A DNA stretch of 64,000 nt from Octopus sinensis. Its lineage: Eukaryota. This document shows positions 51,006 through 63,104 of the stretch, piece after piece (position 1 is the stretch's first letter; the number at the start of each line of letters is the position of its first letter). The notes below the pieces were generated by a model. The model did no database searches. It was not told the origin of the DNA and saw only the letters and a list, made by a program, of their open reading frames with translations. The stretch is taken from the NCBI RefSeq assembly GCF_006345805.1, contig NC_042997.1, forward strand, positions 204,290,001-204,354,000. The letters are read 5' to 3'. Made by a program: the position numbers and the translations under genes.

Positions 51006-52983
51006 TGTAGCAAAGACTCGGGTGAAATTCCTCTCTTCCATTGATTATATATACGTGCATTCAAATGTAGCAGGGAACTGCTAGCCTTTGGCTGCTATTT
51101 GGATCATGTCGTGTCCACTATGCTGATTGGTTGTTATTGGCACATTTTGTCTATTATTCGATTGTGTCAACTTGCCATGGATATCCCGTCAGAAAATTTG
51201 AAGATTTTTGTTCTTGACAGGGTCACTACTTAGTAATGGTTGTGGTTGGATGTTCTAAGTCGGGTCACCAGTTTGTAATGGACCATGCAATGTGAGGTGA
51301 TGAGAATGCCTCTTTTGTACCACATCACACGATCATTACAATAAAGAGATATTGAACAGTACAAATAAATGCCTGATGGAAAGAGACGCAACTGCATAGA
51401 ATGATTAAGAGAACATTTATTGAGATGTTAACATGTGTATCTGTGTGTGCGTCATGTATACAGAATAATTGACAGGCTGTCATGAGAACAAAGTGTATGT
51501 GTGTGTATTTAAGCATAGATGTGTGCACGTGTTAAGAACATTTAAGGATATCAATGAGAAGAAAACAGTGAAAACATCTATGGGCCACCGAAGTAAGAAT
51601 TAAGTTCATAGAGACAAGAAAGATGATAATACCAGTTCGTAGTCAGTCATACACATCATCATCATCGTTTAACGTCCGCTTTCCATGCTAGCATGGGTTG
51701 GACGAATGACTGAGGGTTGGCGAACCAGATGGCTGTGCCAGGGTTCAATCTGACCAGGCAGAGTTTCTACAGCTGGATGCCCTTCCTAACGCCAACCACT
51801 CCGAGAGTGTAGTGGGTGCTTTTACATGCCACTGGTAGAGGGGCCAGTCAGGCAGTACTGGCAACGACCTCACTCAAATCTTTTACACATGCCACCGGCA
51901 CAGGTGCCAATAAGGCAATGCTGGTAACAATCACACTCGAATGGTGTCTTTTACGTGCCACCGGCATGGAGGCCAGATAGCCGCTCTGGCAATGATCACG
52001 CTTGGATGGTGCTCTTAATACCCTGCTAGCACGGGGCTCGACGATAGTTAAAATATTATGTCAAGAAGTCGCGACCCTGATACAGAGCCAGTTACAGGTT
52101 CATTTTGTATGTGAAGTTGTGGCTGTGATGCTGCTGCCTGGGTCACTTGGTACAGGAGTTCTTGCAGGTTGTATATTCGCTGTTGATCCATAGTGAAAAA
52201 ATTCATGAACAGTGAACTGTTGGAACCTGGGTGAATTGCTTGCTGAGCTGTGTACGTAGAGAGAGGATGTTGATGATGTTAAGGACATGATGGTGGCGAC
52301 GAAGAAGGAGGTTGCTGCAATGCTGTCGGACAAAGTTGGTAAGTCTCAACATAGCTGCTGTGGTGGTGGTATTGTCACTCATAAGGTGGCGAGCTGGCAG
52401 AATCGTTAGCACGCCGGGCGAAATGCTTAACAGTATTCGTCTGCCATTACATTCAAATTCCGTTCAAATTCCGTCGAGGTCGACTTTGCCTTTCATCCTT
52501 TCGGGGTCGATTAAATAGTCACCAGTTACGCACTGGGGTCGATATAATCAACTTAATCCGTTTGTCTGTCCATGTTTGTCCCCTCTATGTTTAGCCCCTT
52601 GGGGGTAGTAAAGAAATAGGTATTGTCACTCACATTGTCACTGGAACTGGCTGTGTCTTTGTGGTCAGTGGCTAGACCTTAAAAGGTCTGGAACCAAAGA
52701 CACCAGAATGAGGAAAAGCTGAGTTTTTATAAGGAGCTGTAGGCTAAAACAGGGTAGTAAACAGGCTGTCCCACGTGATCCTATTTAGAGCCTCTGACTG
52801 GTTACCCACAGCAAGTTGGTACAATTGAGCAAGAGACAAAATGTGCTGATGCCAACCAATCAAAGAAGTAGATACAACATGATCCAAATAGCGGCAAAAG
52901 GCTAGCTGTTCCCTGGTATATTCGAATGCACATATATTTAATAAATGGGAGGGGGTGGGAATTTCACCTGAATCTACGCTACA
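51006..52983. mobile_element. Older TGT...ACA DNA transposon with ~150-bp TIRs (Ginger-like) and nested RTE/SINE insertions
   Basis: 51006-51152 is a diverged inverted copy of 52830-52983. Termini TGTAGC/GCTACA; flanks tgtgg/tatgg. Confidence 0.7.
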
Positions 52984-53487
52984 TATGGAACAAGTTATAA
53001 ATAATGGTCATCATCATCGTTTAATGTCCATTTTCCATGCTGGCATGGCTTGGACGATTTGACTGAGGTCTGGCAAACCAGATGGCTGTACCAGACTCCA
53101 ATCTGATCTGGCAGAGTTTCTACAGCTGGATACCCTTCTTAGCACCAACCACTCCAAGAGTGTAGTGGGTGCTTTTATGTGCCACCAGCACAAGGACCAG
53201 TCAGGCGGTACTGGCAACGGCCACGCTCAAATGGTGCTTTTTATGTGCCACCTGCACAGTAGCCAGTCCAGTGGCACTGGTAACGACCTCGCTCGAATGT
53301 TTTTTCACGTGCCACCAGCAGAAGTGCCAGTAAGGCAACGCAGGTAATGATCACGCTCGAATGGTGTTTTTAACATGCCATTGGCTTGGAGGCCAGCTTG
53401 TTGCTCTGGCCCCGATCTTACTCGTATGGTTCTCTTAGTGCTCCACTAGCACGGATGCCAGTCATCGATTTCGATATTACATATTTT

Positions 53488-53612
53488 TCCTTACAGCTGT
53501 TTCCAGTAGTCATTGTAGGCAGATTATTGATAGGGTTTACTCAGTTGGTCTATTGATCAATTGAAGAAAACTGAACGACCTAAGAAAATTAATTACCACT
53601 TTCATCAGAACC
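53488..53612 (-). ncRNA. Putative degenerate hammerhead ribozyme with a long helix II
   Basis: UU-CUGAUGA-AAGUGGUAAUU..AAUGACUACUG-GAAA-CAGCUG-UA-AG. Confidence 0.45.
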
Positions 53613-54354
53613 ATTTCTGGTTATAACAAGCAGAATACTGAAGGAATGGCTTTTGTATGAGGAAGGGGGAGGGGGTGAAGAAGAAGATGGAAAGATGCAA
53701 GTAGAATAAAGAAGAGAGGAAGAAAAGTTACAAAGGGATGGAAGGAGGTAAGGGGATGGTATAAGAGTCACTTACAAGAAGCGGGGTGGCATTTTATTTA
53801 TTTCTTTATTGCCCACAAGGGGCTAAACATAGAGGGGACAAACAAAGACAGACAAAGGGATTAAGTCGATTACATCTACCCCAGTGCGTAACTGGTACTT
53901 AATTTATCGACCCCGAAAGGATGAAAGGCAAAGTTGACCTTGGCGGAATTTGAACTCAGGGCAAAATTTGGACGAGGGATGGTCCTGAAATATTAGTGTT
54001 TGTAGCCAGGTGAACAGACATGAACCATATTAGCATTGTATGTAGGTGAGTTGTCCTCCAGGTATTGTGTGCATGCGTATGTAACACCTGATGGTTCCAA
54101 TTGGAGATAACTGTCAGTCATTACATGTGACGGACAGTTATGTAGTTAAGTGGATGGTTTGTAATGCTGAAAATAACCATGGCAACAATTGCACACCTGT
54201 TTCAAACTGTAATTAACTGTTTTCAATTTCGTTTTACCTTGCTGTTAAAATATGTGATGTCTGGTTTCTATGTTACAGAGACCAGAGTTACAGAAAAATG
54301 CCAGGCAATTGGTAAGTTGTAATATGTCACAAAGCTTTTTATTAGAATTCCTCC

Positions 54355-54648
54355 CCCCCTCCTCTTCATCCTCCTCCTCCTCTTTGTTGCCATCATCATC
54401 ATTGTCGTCATTATCATCATTGTCATCATCATCATCATCATCGTTGTCGTCATCATTATCATCATCGTTGTCGTCATCATTATCATCATCGTTGTCATCG
54501 TCATTATCATTGTCATTGTCGTCATCATCATTGTTGTCATTATCGTTATCATCATCGTCATCCTCATCATTATCATTGTCGTCATCATCATTGTTGTCAT
54601 CATCGTTATTATCATCATCATCATCATCATCGTCGTCATCATCATCGT
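54355..54648. repeat. Long degenerate (TCA/TCG/TTG)n trinucleotide tract
   Basis: About 95 triplets. It probably represents an expanded (GAT)n RTE tail on the minus strand (followed by cgttcaatatttc). Confidence 0.85.
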
Positions 54649-54831
54649 TCAATATTTCGTTTCCTTACCTTATATGGCATGTTTCTCAATTGAGAATTAA
54701 TTTGATGTTCCAAACTATAATTTAAAATCTGACCAAAAAAAAAATAACTTCATTTAATCTATAAAAATTAAATCTATAAAATTTAGATTTTATAAAACGA
54801 ATGTCTTTAGAATACATTTCAACATTTTCAG

Positions 54832-54998
54832 ATTGTGCTGAAAAGCGAACCGGATCTTCCAAACTTTGTTTATCCTAAAGACTTACATCCCAAAATATTT
54901 TGGCGAGATGTCAGGCAGCCCTTGGACCGAATGTCTCGTAAATCTCTAAGATCCGATTATGGCCAGAGGAATTTTTTACGCTCTCAGAATTCAAAGAG
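54832..54998 (+). CDS. Uncharacterised gene, coding exon 2
   Basis: attttcag acceptor and AG|gtaact donor. Open in phase 0: IVLKSEPDLPNFVYPKDLHPKIFWRDVRQPLDRMSRKSLRSDYGQRNFLRSQNSK. Ends in phase 2. Confidence 0.7.
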
Positions 54999-56129
54999 GT
55001 AACTTGTTATTCTTTGATGTGTACTCGTTTTATCAGACTCTTTTGCCAAACCACTAAGTTACAGGGATGTAAACATACCAACACTGGTGTACTACAGCAC
55101 TCCATCAATTACAATGAGGGTTCCTGTTGATCCAACCAACGGAATAGCCAGCTCATGAAATTAATGTGTAAGTGGCTGAGCATTCCACAGACACATGTAC
55201 CTTTAATGTAGTTCTCGGGGAGATTCAGTGTGACACAGAGTGCGACAAGGCTGGCCCTTTGAAATATAGGTACAACAGAAACAGGAAGAAAGAGTGAGAG
55301 AAAGTTGTGGTGAAAGAGTACAGCAGTAACACAAAGAAAGACCCTTCATTAGTTGTCAGCTGTCTATCTATTTCTTTATTGCCCACAGGGGGCTAAACAG
55401 AGGAGACAAACAAGGACAAAGGGATTATGTCGATTACATCGACCCCAGTACACAACTGGTACTTTATTTATCGACCCCGAAAGGATGAAAGGCAAAGTCG
55501 ACCTCAGCGGAATTTGAACTCAGAACGTAGCGGCAGACGAAATTCCCCTAAGCATTTTGCCCCGCATGCTAACGAGTCTACCAGCTCACCTGTCAGCTGT
55601 CTATCTACTCTTCATTTCGAGCATTCAATGACAATACGAGTCTTCGAAGACAGTTGCTCTCATATGTGCCAAAATAAAATTTGGGATTTATGGAGGGTCA
55701 ATGGTTTGGATTTATGGAGATAAATGTATGTATGTGTGTGTGTGTGGGTGTGAGTGTGTGGGTGTGAGTGTGTGTATGCACCCCATATTTTTTTTCTGTA
55801 TGTAAGCACATAGAAAAAAAAAAATAAATAAACAGATCAACATAGAGACGGATAGGTACATAGGTTACAAGAACAGACACATATGGAGACACGGATCCAC
55901 ACAAATAAAGATGCACATCCATACATACAAACATGGTACATAGTTGCACAACACACATGCACACACAAGGAGACAGAGGAGCATACATATACAAACACAT
56001 GCTCATACACACATAGAAAATACACAAACACAGACATGCATGCACATAAATATGCAGGATACGTACATATAGATGCACACACACACATACATACATATAT
56101 ACATATGCATGATGATGATGACCCCCCCC

Positions 56130-56458
56130 CCCTTCGGTCAGATACTGACCATGGGTTTGCACCTAGAGAGTTACCCTCTGAGGCACAAGTCTGGGCAAGG
56201 TTGTTTTATGGAAGACCAGCAGTCGCCCATGCATGCCAGCCTCCCCTCTCCACGCCACCAGTGTTATCCAAGGGAAAGACAAAGGTCGATACAGCTTGGC
56301 ACCAGTGACGTCGCAACTCATTTCTACAGCTGAGTGAACTGGAGCAACGTGAAATAAAGTGTCTTGCTCAAGAACACAACACGCAGCCCGGTCCGGGATT
56401 CGAGCTCACAACCTCACGATCGTAAGCTCGACGCTCTAACCACTGAGCCACGCGCCTT
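56130..56458 (-). mobile_element. tRNA-derived SINE with a well-preserved tRNA-like head (related bodies at 28700-28970 and 55095-55270)
   Basis: Minus strand ggcgcgtggctcagtggttagagcgtcg...gagctcgaatccc followed by gtgttgtgttcttgagcaagacacttt, a typical SINE central domain. Confidence 0.8.
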
Positions 56459-57229
56459 CATATGCATACACACACATATATATACATACATATGCCATGC
56501 ACCTTCATATGCATACACACACATATATATACATACACATGCAAACACACATAAATACATACGTACATGCATGCATGTATAGGCACACACACAGAAATAC
56601 ACAAACACGGACAGGCAAGCACATGAATATGCAGGATATGCGCATATAGATGCACACACATACATACACATGCAAACACATACATACATACGTATATGCA
56701 TGTATAGGCACACACACACACACACACACACTGACCCACACACATGCACACAAACAAACAAAAAGGAACGCAGTGTAAATAACGGACAGAGTCAAGACTA
56801 TTGAAAAGGTTGCAAGACGCAACGAGAATTTTAGGAAAATAAAAATAAGAAAAAAAGTGGAAATTTTACCGGTGAGTGAGTTACATTGTAAGGCACAAAA
56901 AGAAAATGACTCTCCCCAGACACAACAGAACATGCTTCAACACACAAACTCACATAAAGAATCTTGCAAACCCAATCCAAAAACGAAATATATATATATA
57001 TAACATTTACAATATGAATTACAATGAGAAAGATATGGTATACAATTTTTTTGTGCAGGGGTTTCCTTGAGATATGAAATTATTTTAAGGGTTATGCAAG
57101 GGCAAAAAGGTTGAGAAATACTGATTTAGAGGAATGAGCTTAACAAAGGAGCCTATATATTGATGTTTGATCAACTGGAAATAGCAACCAAGTCTTCCTC
57201 AAAACTCATTATCTTATGAAACTGAAGGA

Positions 57230-57590
57230 TGCATTAGATAGTGTAAGTCTAGATTGTTCTGCATAAAAGATGGGATAGTCACATTTGGTTTGTCTTTGAT
57301 CATTGTACTGTAGGATCTGGACTGACTTGTGACTTAGCATCAAACACATAGAACAATACATGAGACAATCCTAGATTCTCTATATCTGATAAAATATGGG
57401 AGAGTCACATTTGGAATGTTTTTGATCACAGTTTTGTAGAATCAGGGCTGACCTCATATAAACAACAGGGAAAGACACAATGGATAATAAAGTCCCAGAT
57501 ACTCTGTTTGGATGAAAGAGGGGATGGTCTCAGTTGGAACGTTTTTAAAGTTTTACTGGACCAGCTGACTTAACACTAACCAACAACATC
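57230..57590. repeat. Three diverged ~125-bp tandem units
   Basis: Recurring (c)tagat...gatggga(t/g)agtcacatttgg..tttgatca...gctgac. Confidence 0.55.
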
Positions 57591-57740
57591 CAAGAGATTT
57601 CAGTTTTGTCTTGTTTTGATTCTGAGATTGGTTAATACGGGAAAGAAAGCAGTTTCCATAATTTTATCAAATGTATATGAACACACCAAGAGATCTTGTC
57701 AGGAATGTGTCCCATATATTTAAAGAATACTTGTGAATAT

Positions 57741-58052
57741 GCCAAGTCCCTCAGCACCCTTTAATAATATATTCCATGCCAAAATTATTCTTCAGCCCTC
57801 TTCACTAATATATGGCATACATTTACAGAACAGTTGTGAAGAAGCCAAGTTCTTCAGCCCCCTTCACTAATATGTTCCATGCCAAGTTCTTCAACCCCCT
57901 TCACTAATATGTTCCATGCCAAGTTCTTCAGCCCCCTTCACTAATATGTTCCATGCCAAGTTCTTCAGCCCCCTTCACTAATATGTTCCATGCCAAGTTC
58001 TTCAGCCCCCTTCACTAATATGTCCCATACATTTACAGAACAGTCGTGCCAA
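57741..58052 (+). repeat. 37-bp minisatellite (gccaagttcttcagcccccttcactaatatgttccat), ~5 near-perfect + 2 diverged units
   Basis: Directly visible tandem array ending at the exon 3 acceptor. Confidence 0.9.
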
Positions 58053-58118
58053 GTTCTCCAGCACCTACTTTGGCCACAGATAAAAGTATGGATTTAGAAA
58101 CCAACCAAATTCTGAAAG
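58039..58118 (+). CDS. Uncharacterised gene, coding exon 3
   Basis: cactaat branch point + tttacag acceptor and AAG|gtaaga donor. Open in phase 2: (R)TVVPSSPAPTLATDKSMDLETNQILK. Ends in phase 1. Confidence 0.65.
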
Positions 58119-58348
58119 GTAAGAGCTTTTAGCTTATGTTACCAAAGTGATTATTGTTGTTGTAATAACTTCAAAGGTGTAATGACTATAAGTGCAACAT
58201 TTAGTACGCAGAAGAGTTTGGTATTGAGAGATGTTCTACCAGTGGGGCTGGGAATACTGGGGCTGGTGGAGGCTAAATCACAAACCACAGAGAATTCCTG
58301 ACAAACATTTATTGAATAAAACAGCCATCTACATATCATATACATGTA

Positions 58349-58915
58349 CACTTGCGTCGGAATTTAATTAGCACTTCTCAAATTTCTACATTTTCTTACA
58401 TTTTCTTAATTTAATTAACTTATTATCAGAAACGAACTCGTTTTTAATCAAAAATTTATTAAAACATATCCCAGCACACCACATAATTGTTATTAATCGT
58501 GAAATTTAGTCAATATCTTGTTGCTCCTCCTTTGGCAGCAGTGACAGCTGCTACGCGGGTCGGCATGCTGTCTATGAGTGCCTGCAGGTACTGTGCAGGG
58601 ATGGCCCCTCATGCAGCAAGAAGTGCCCCAAACAGCTTGTGTCGGTTCCTGTATTGCTGCACATTCAAATCCCTACCCAATCGACTCCAGAGGTTCTCAA
58701 TAGGGTTCAGGTCAGGTGACTGGCCAGCACGTACTCCTCGCCACCAAAGAGGTATCCCGTACTATCTCAACGTACTTTGCTGCGTTGATGTTGCCTTCGA
58801 CGGCATAGAGCCGCCCAACACCACTGTAGCTGAACGCCCCTCACACCATCAGACCACCCCCACCATGCTTCATGGTGAGCAAATCAAGGGTGCTAATTAA
58901 TTTCTGATGGTAGTG
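58349..58915 (-). mobile_element. Internally deleted Tc1-like transposon
   Basis: TA-flanked ~26-bp TIRs (cact..g.cggaatttaattagcac / gtgctaattaatttctgatggtagtg). Minus strand QSPDLNPIENLW and LIDSMPTRVAAVTAAKGGATRY*, the Tc1 transposase C-terminus. Confidence 0.88.
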
Positions 58916-59339
58916 TATATACACTGTTGATAGTCCAGTTATTGCAGTATTTGTCTTGAAGTAACATCTCTTAAGGATTTACTGTCTTAAAAACAATAAA
59001 TATCAGAGAGAGAGGAAAATTTGTCCCAGTGGTGGCCAGCAAAAGTGCAAAATGCATTTCAGCCTCTTTTGGAGGCCTTTTCATTGGCACATATTCACAT
59101 TTCAAGGGGTTCCTTGAAACGTAATTTATTTTTAAAGGTTACACGAGGGTGAAAAGGTCGAGAAACACTGGTATATAGTGGCAGGATCTGCTTCCATTTC
59201 TTAAGACACCAGTAGAATAATACAGTTGATAGGAGAGGAATGGCAGCATAAGTGATGGGGTAATGAGATGTGGAGTTAAAGGTTGAGCATGGGGCAGAGT
59301 GAGAGATAGATACAAGTAAAAGGAATGAATATTGAATAA

Positions 59340-59940
59340 GGTGGTGAGCTGGCAGAAACGTTAGCACGGCGGGCGAAATTCTTTGTGGTATTTCGTCTGC
59401 CATTACGTTCAAATTCTGCCAAGGTCGACTTTGCCTTTCATCCTTTCAGGGTCGATAAATTAAGTACCAGTTACACACTGGGGTTGATATAATCGACTTA
59501 ATTCATTTGTCTGTCCTTGTTTGTCCTCTCTGTGTTTAGCCTCTTGTGGGTAGTAAAGAAATAGGTATTTCACCAGCCTTTATGTTCTGAGTTCAAATTC
59601 TGCTGAGGTCGACTTTGCCTTTCATCCTTGTGGGGTTGATAAATTAAGTAACAGTTATGCACTGGGGTCGATATAATCGACTTAATACATTTGTCTGTCC
59701 TTGTTTGTCCCCCCTGTGTTTAGCCCCTTGTGGGTAGTAAAGAGATAGAAATAGGTATTTCCTCTGCTGCTATGTTCTGAGTTCAAATTCCGCCGGGGTC
59801 AACTTTGCCTTTCATCCTTTCAGGGTCGATAAATTAAGTACCAGTTACACACTGGGGTCGATATAATCGACTTAATCCATTTGTCTGTCCTTGCTTGTCC
59901 TCTCTGTGTTTAGCCCCTTGTGGGTAGTAAAGAAATAGGA
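59340..59940 (+). mobile_element. SINE family B trimer
   Basis: One full head followed by three ~185-190-bp tandem bodies. Confidence 0.88.
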
Positions 59941-60060
59941 ATGAATATTGATGGCAAGGGTGAAGAATGGACTATCAACAGGAAGTGGTTTGGGAGAGAG
60001 ATGTCACTTCAATTATATATATACTTGCAATTATACATGTAAATAATTCAATATCAACAG

Positions 60061-60111
60061 AACATTCTGGAACTGGTTCAAGTGAGGACAAAGAACAGAA
60101 ACGTAAATCTC
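60061..60111 (+). CDS. Uncharacterised gene, coding exon 4
   Basis: caacag acceptor (weak pyrimidine tract) and C|gtgagt donor. Open in phase 1: (E)HSGTGSSEDKEQKRKS. Confidence 0.55.
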
Positions 60112-60815
60112 GTGAGTTGGATAACTTTTTCTTTATTCACACATTATATTTTCAAGATTGTTTGACATCTATTTGCTACCATTGCTGGAAAGGACAGAAT
60201 GGAATTTTAATATTTGGATATAATTACTAACATGGCTATGTGGTAAGGAGTTTGCTTCCCAAACCACATGGTCCCGGGTTCAGTACCCCACCACATGGCA
60301 CCTTGAGCAAGTGTCTTCTTATATAGCCTTGGGCTGACCAAAACCTTGTGAGTGGATTTGGTAGACGGTTAATGAAAGATAGCCAGTGGCATGCATGTGT
60401 GTGTGTGTGTGTGTGTTTGCATCTGTGTTTCCACTCCCCGCCCTCCACTGCTTAACAACTGGTGTTGGTTTAGTTACATCCCCGTAACTTAGTAGTTTGG
60501 CAAAAGAAGCTGATAGAATAAGCACCAGGCTTAAAAAGAAAATAAGTGATTGATTTGTTTGACTAAAAATTCTTCAAGGCAGTGCCCCAGCATGGCCACA
60601 GACTAATGACTGAATTAAGTAAAAGATAAAAAATAAAAGATGATATCACAGTAAAAATTATAATATTTGCTTATTATAATTGCTATTAATTACTATAATG
60701 AAAGTGGATTAACAAAATTGGTCGAAAGGCAAACTAAAAAATGTCTTGCAAGTATTTAATTGTTGCCCTTTTGTTTTATTATCCTTGTTTATTTCCATGC
60801 TAGAATGGGTTAGAC

Positions 60816-61772
60816 CAGGGGTCACCAAACCTATTTCATGGCAGGCCAGATAACAGAGAGAATGATGAGCATGGGCTGCATAACCGTTTTCTTCAATACA
60901 ATACTCTTTACTCTCTTTTTACTTGTTTCAGTCATTTGACTGCGGCCATGCTGGAGCACCACCTTTAGTCGAGCAACTCGACCCCGGGACTTATTCTTTT
61001 AGTAAGCCCAGTACTTATTTTATCGGTCTCTTTTTGCCGAACTGCTAAGTGACGGGGACATAAACACACCAGCATCGGTTGTCAAGCAATGCTAGGGGGA
61101 CAAACACAGACACAAAAACATACACATACATACATATATATATATATACATATATACGACAGGCTTCTTTCAGTTTCCGTCTACCAAATCCACTCACAAG
61201 GCATTGGTCGGCCCGAGGTTATAGCAGAAGACACTTGCCCAAGGTGCCATGCAGTTGGACTGAACCCGGAACCAAGTGGTTGGTTAGCAAGCTACTTACC
61301 ACACAGCCACTCCTGCACCTATGCAGTGAATACACAAAGAATAAAGACAGCCAAGATTTTTTATTTCCCCAAAAGTTATCAAAGAAGGTGACATTAGCAA
61401 TAAGATCGTTATATCACACCCATATCTGCAAACATATCTGAATCTCAAAAACTAAGCTGCAAAAAGGTTTGATGGGATTTGTGAAACTGGTGTGTTTAGC
61501 TTTTAAGATATCATCAATATTTGCTTTGGAATTGCTGCATCCAACCAAGAGAAATGCTTCCAAATGTTCATCAGTCAACCTCGTTCGATGTGCTGACTTC
61601 ACATCCTTCGTTTTTGAAAATGTTTGCTCACAGACATAAGTTGTTCCAAACATTGATGCCATACCAGAGGCAAATGCAGGTATTTACACAAAAGGTACAG
61701 AGCAGTGGTGGGCCAGATGAACTGACCTCAAGGGCTGGATCTGTCCTGCAGGCCATAGTTTGGTGACACCTG
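60816..61772 (-). mobile_element. Internally deleted hAT (Charlie/SPIN-like) transposon with a nested SINE
   Basis: TIRs CAGGGGTCACCAAAC / GTTTGGTGACACCTG, imperfect 8-bp TSD ggttagac/ggttaaac, and minus-strand ASMFGTTYVCEQTFSK..VKSAHRTRLTDEHL (hAT dimerisation domain). Confidence 0.88.
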
Positions 61773-63104
61773 GGTTAAACAAATACGTTGTATTAAGGTT
61801 TTGTTTTGCAGATGGATGCCCTTCCTGTCATTAATCCTTCCCTGTTTTTCAAGTAATGGAAATTTTATTCTTGTTGTTCCTGAAAGTACAGAGTCAAATG
61901 TCATTCGATGACAGGGAAATAACAACACATGACACTGATCTTGCTCAGCTCATCATAGAAGATAAACATCACCACCACACACACGCATGTGCACGCACAC
62001 ACATGTATACACACACACACACACACACATGTACCAAAAGTTTCCTGTAATCTCAAACTACTGAAGATATCTGGCCAAGGCAGCCCACAGTGGTTTAGAC
62101 AGTTTCAAAAGAGAGGAATGGAGTAGAAAGGATGTAGGGGTTCGTTGAGTTAAGGTGCCCAGGATTTTCCAAAAGTATAAGGGTGGAGGTGCGAGAGAAA
62201 GGAGAAATAAATTAGGATGAGAGGAGCAAATGGAGGCAGGGGTTGTTGAGGGAAGCCAGGGTGGGAAAGGGGGAAATGTGAGGGTGCCATTGGGGTGGAG
62301 AAACTGTAGGGAGGGGACAGAGAGAGAAGAAAATGAGGGGATAGGTTGATGGGGCAATGAGTGAGTGCAGAGAGGGCAAAGAGGGGAAATTATGGTGGGG
62401 GACAGAGTTGAATGGGAATGTAGAGAAAGCATCTCAGATGGGGAGGCCATGGAGGGAAGATGTGAGAAAAAAAGGTGAAGAGTAGCAGTTAGTGAATGTG
62501 GAGAGAGTGATAAGGGGAAGAAAGATTGGAGGGTACCCTAAAGGTGTAGGGTGGGCAGAAAGATAAAACGGAAGGGAAGGTGTTAGGTGGCAGCAGAGGT
62601 AACAGTGGAGAATGTGATGGCTGGGAGTAAAGTAAGGTGAGATAGGGGTGGGTGGGTGGGTGAGAAAGAGAAAGGAGACATGTAGGGGGTGGGGGTAGAT
62701 GTGAGGCCATAAAGTCAAAGTCAAGGGGTGAGGATGTATGGGGATGGGCGGTAAGGTGGGTTTAACAGGAGATAAATATATATACACACACACATATGCA
62801 TGTGTGTGTGTGTGCATGCACAGTTCTGTATAGATGTATGTATTTGATTATTTTGCTTAGGCAAGGCAGTGAGCTGACAGAATCGTAAGGATGCTGGGTA
62901 AAATGCTTGGCAGCATTTTGCTCATCTTCATGTTCTGAGTTCAAATTCCGCCGAGGTTGACTTTGCCGTTTATCCTTTTGGAGTTCGATAAACTAAGCAC
63001 CAGTCGAGCACTGGGATCGATGTAATTGACTTACCCCTCCCCCGAAATTACTGGCCTTGTGCCAAAATGTGAAATCAATATCTTGCTTAGACAGTGCAAA
63101 ACAA

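Noticed and set aside
54245-54725. Poly-Asp, poly-Ser and poly-Met ORFs
   Set aside because: These are translations of a trinucleotide tract with no splice or coding context.
56385-56458. Possible tRNA gene on the minus strand
   Set aside because: The acceptor stem does not close properly, there is no poly-T terminator, and it continues directly into a SINE body.
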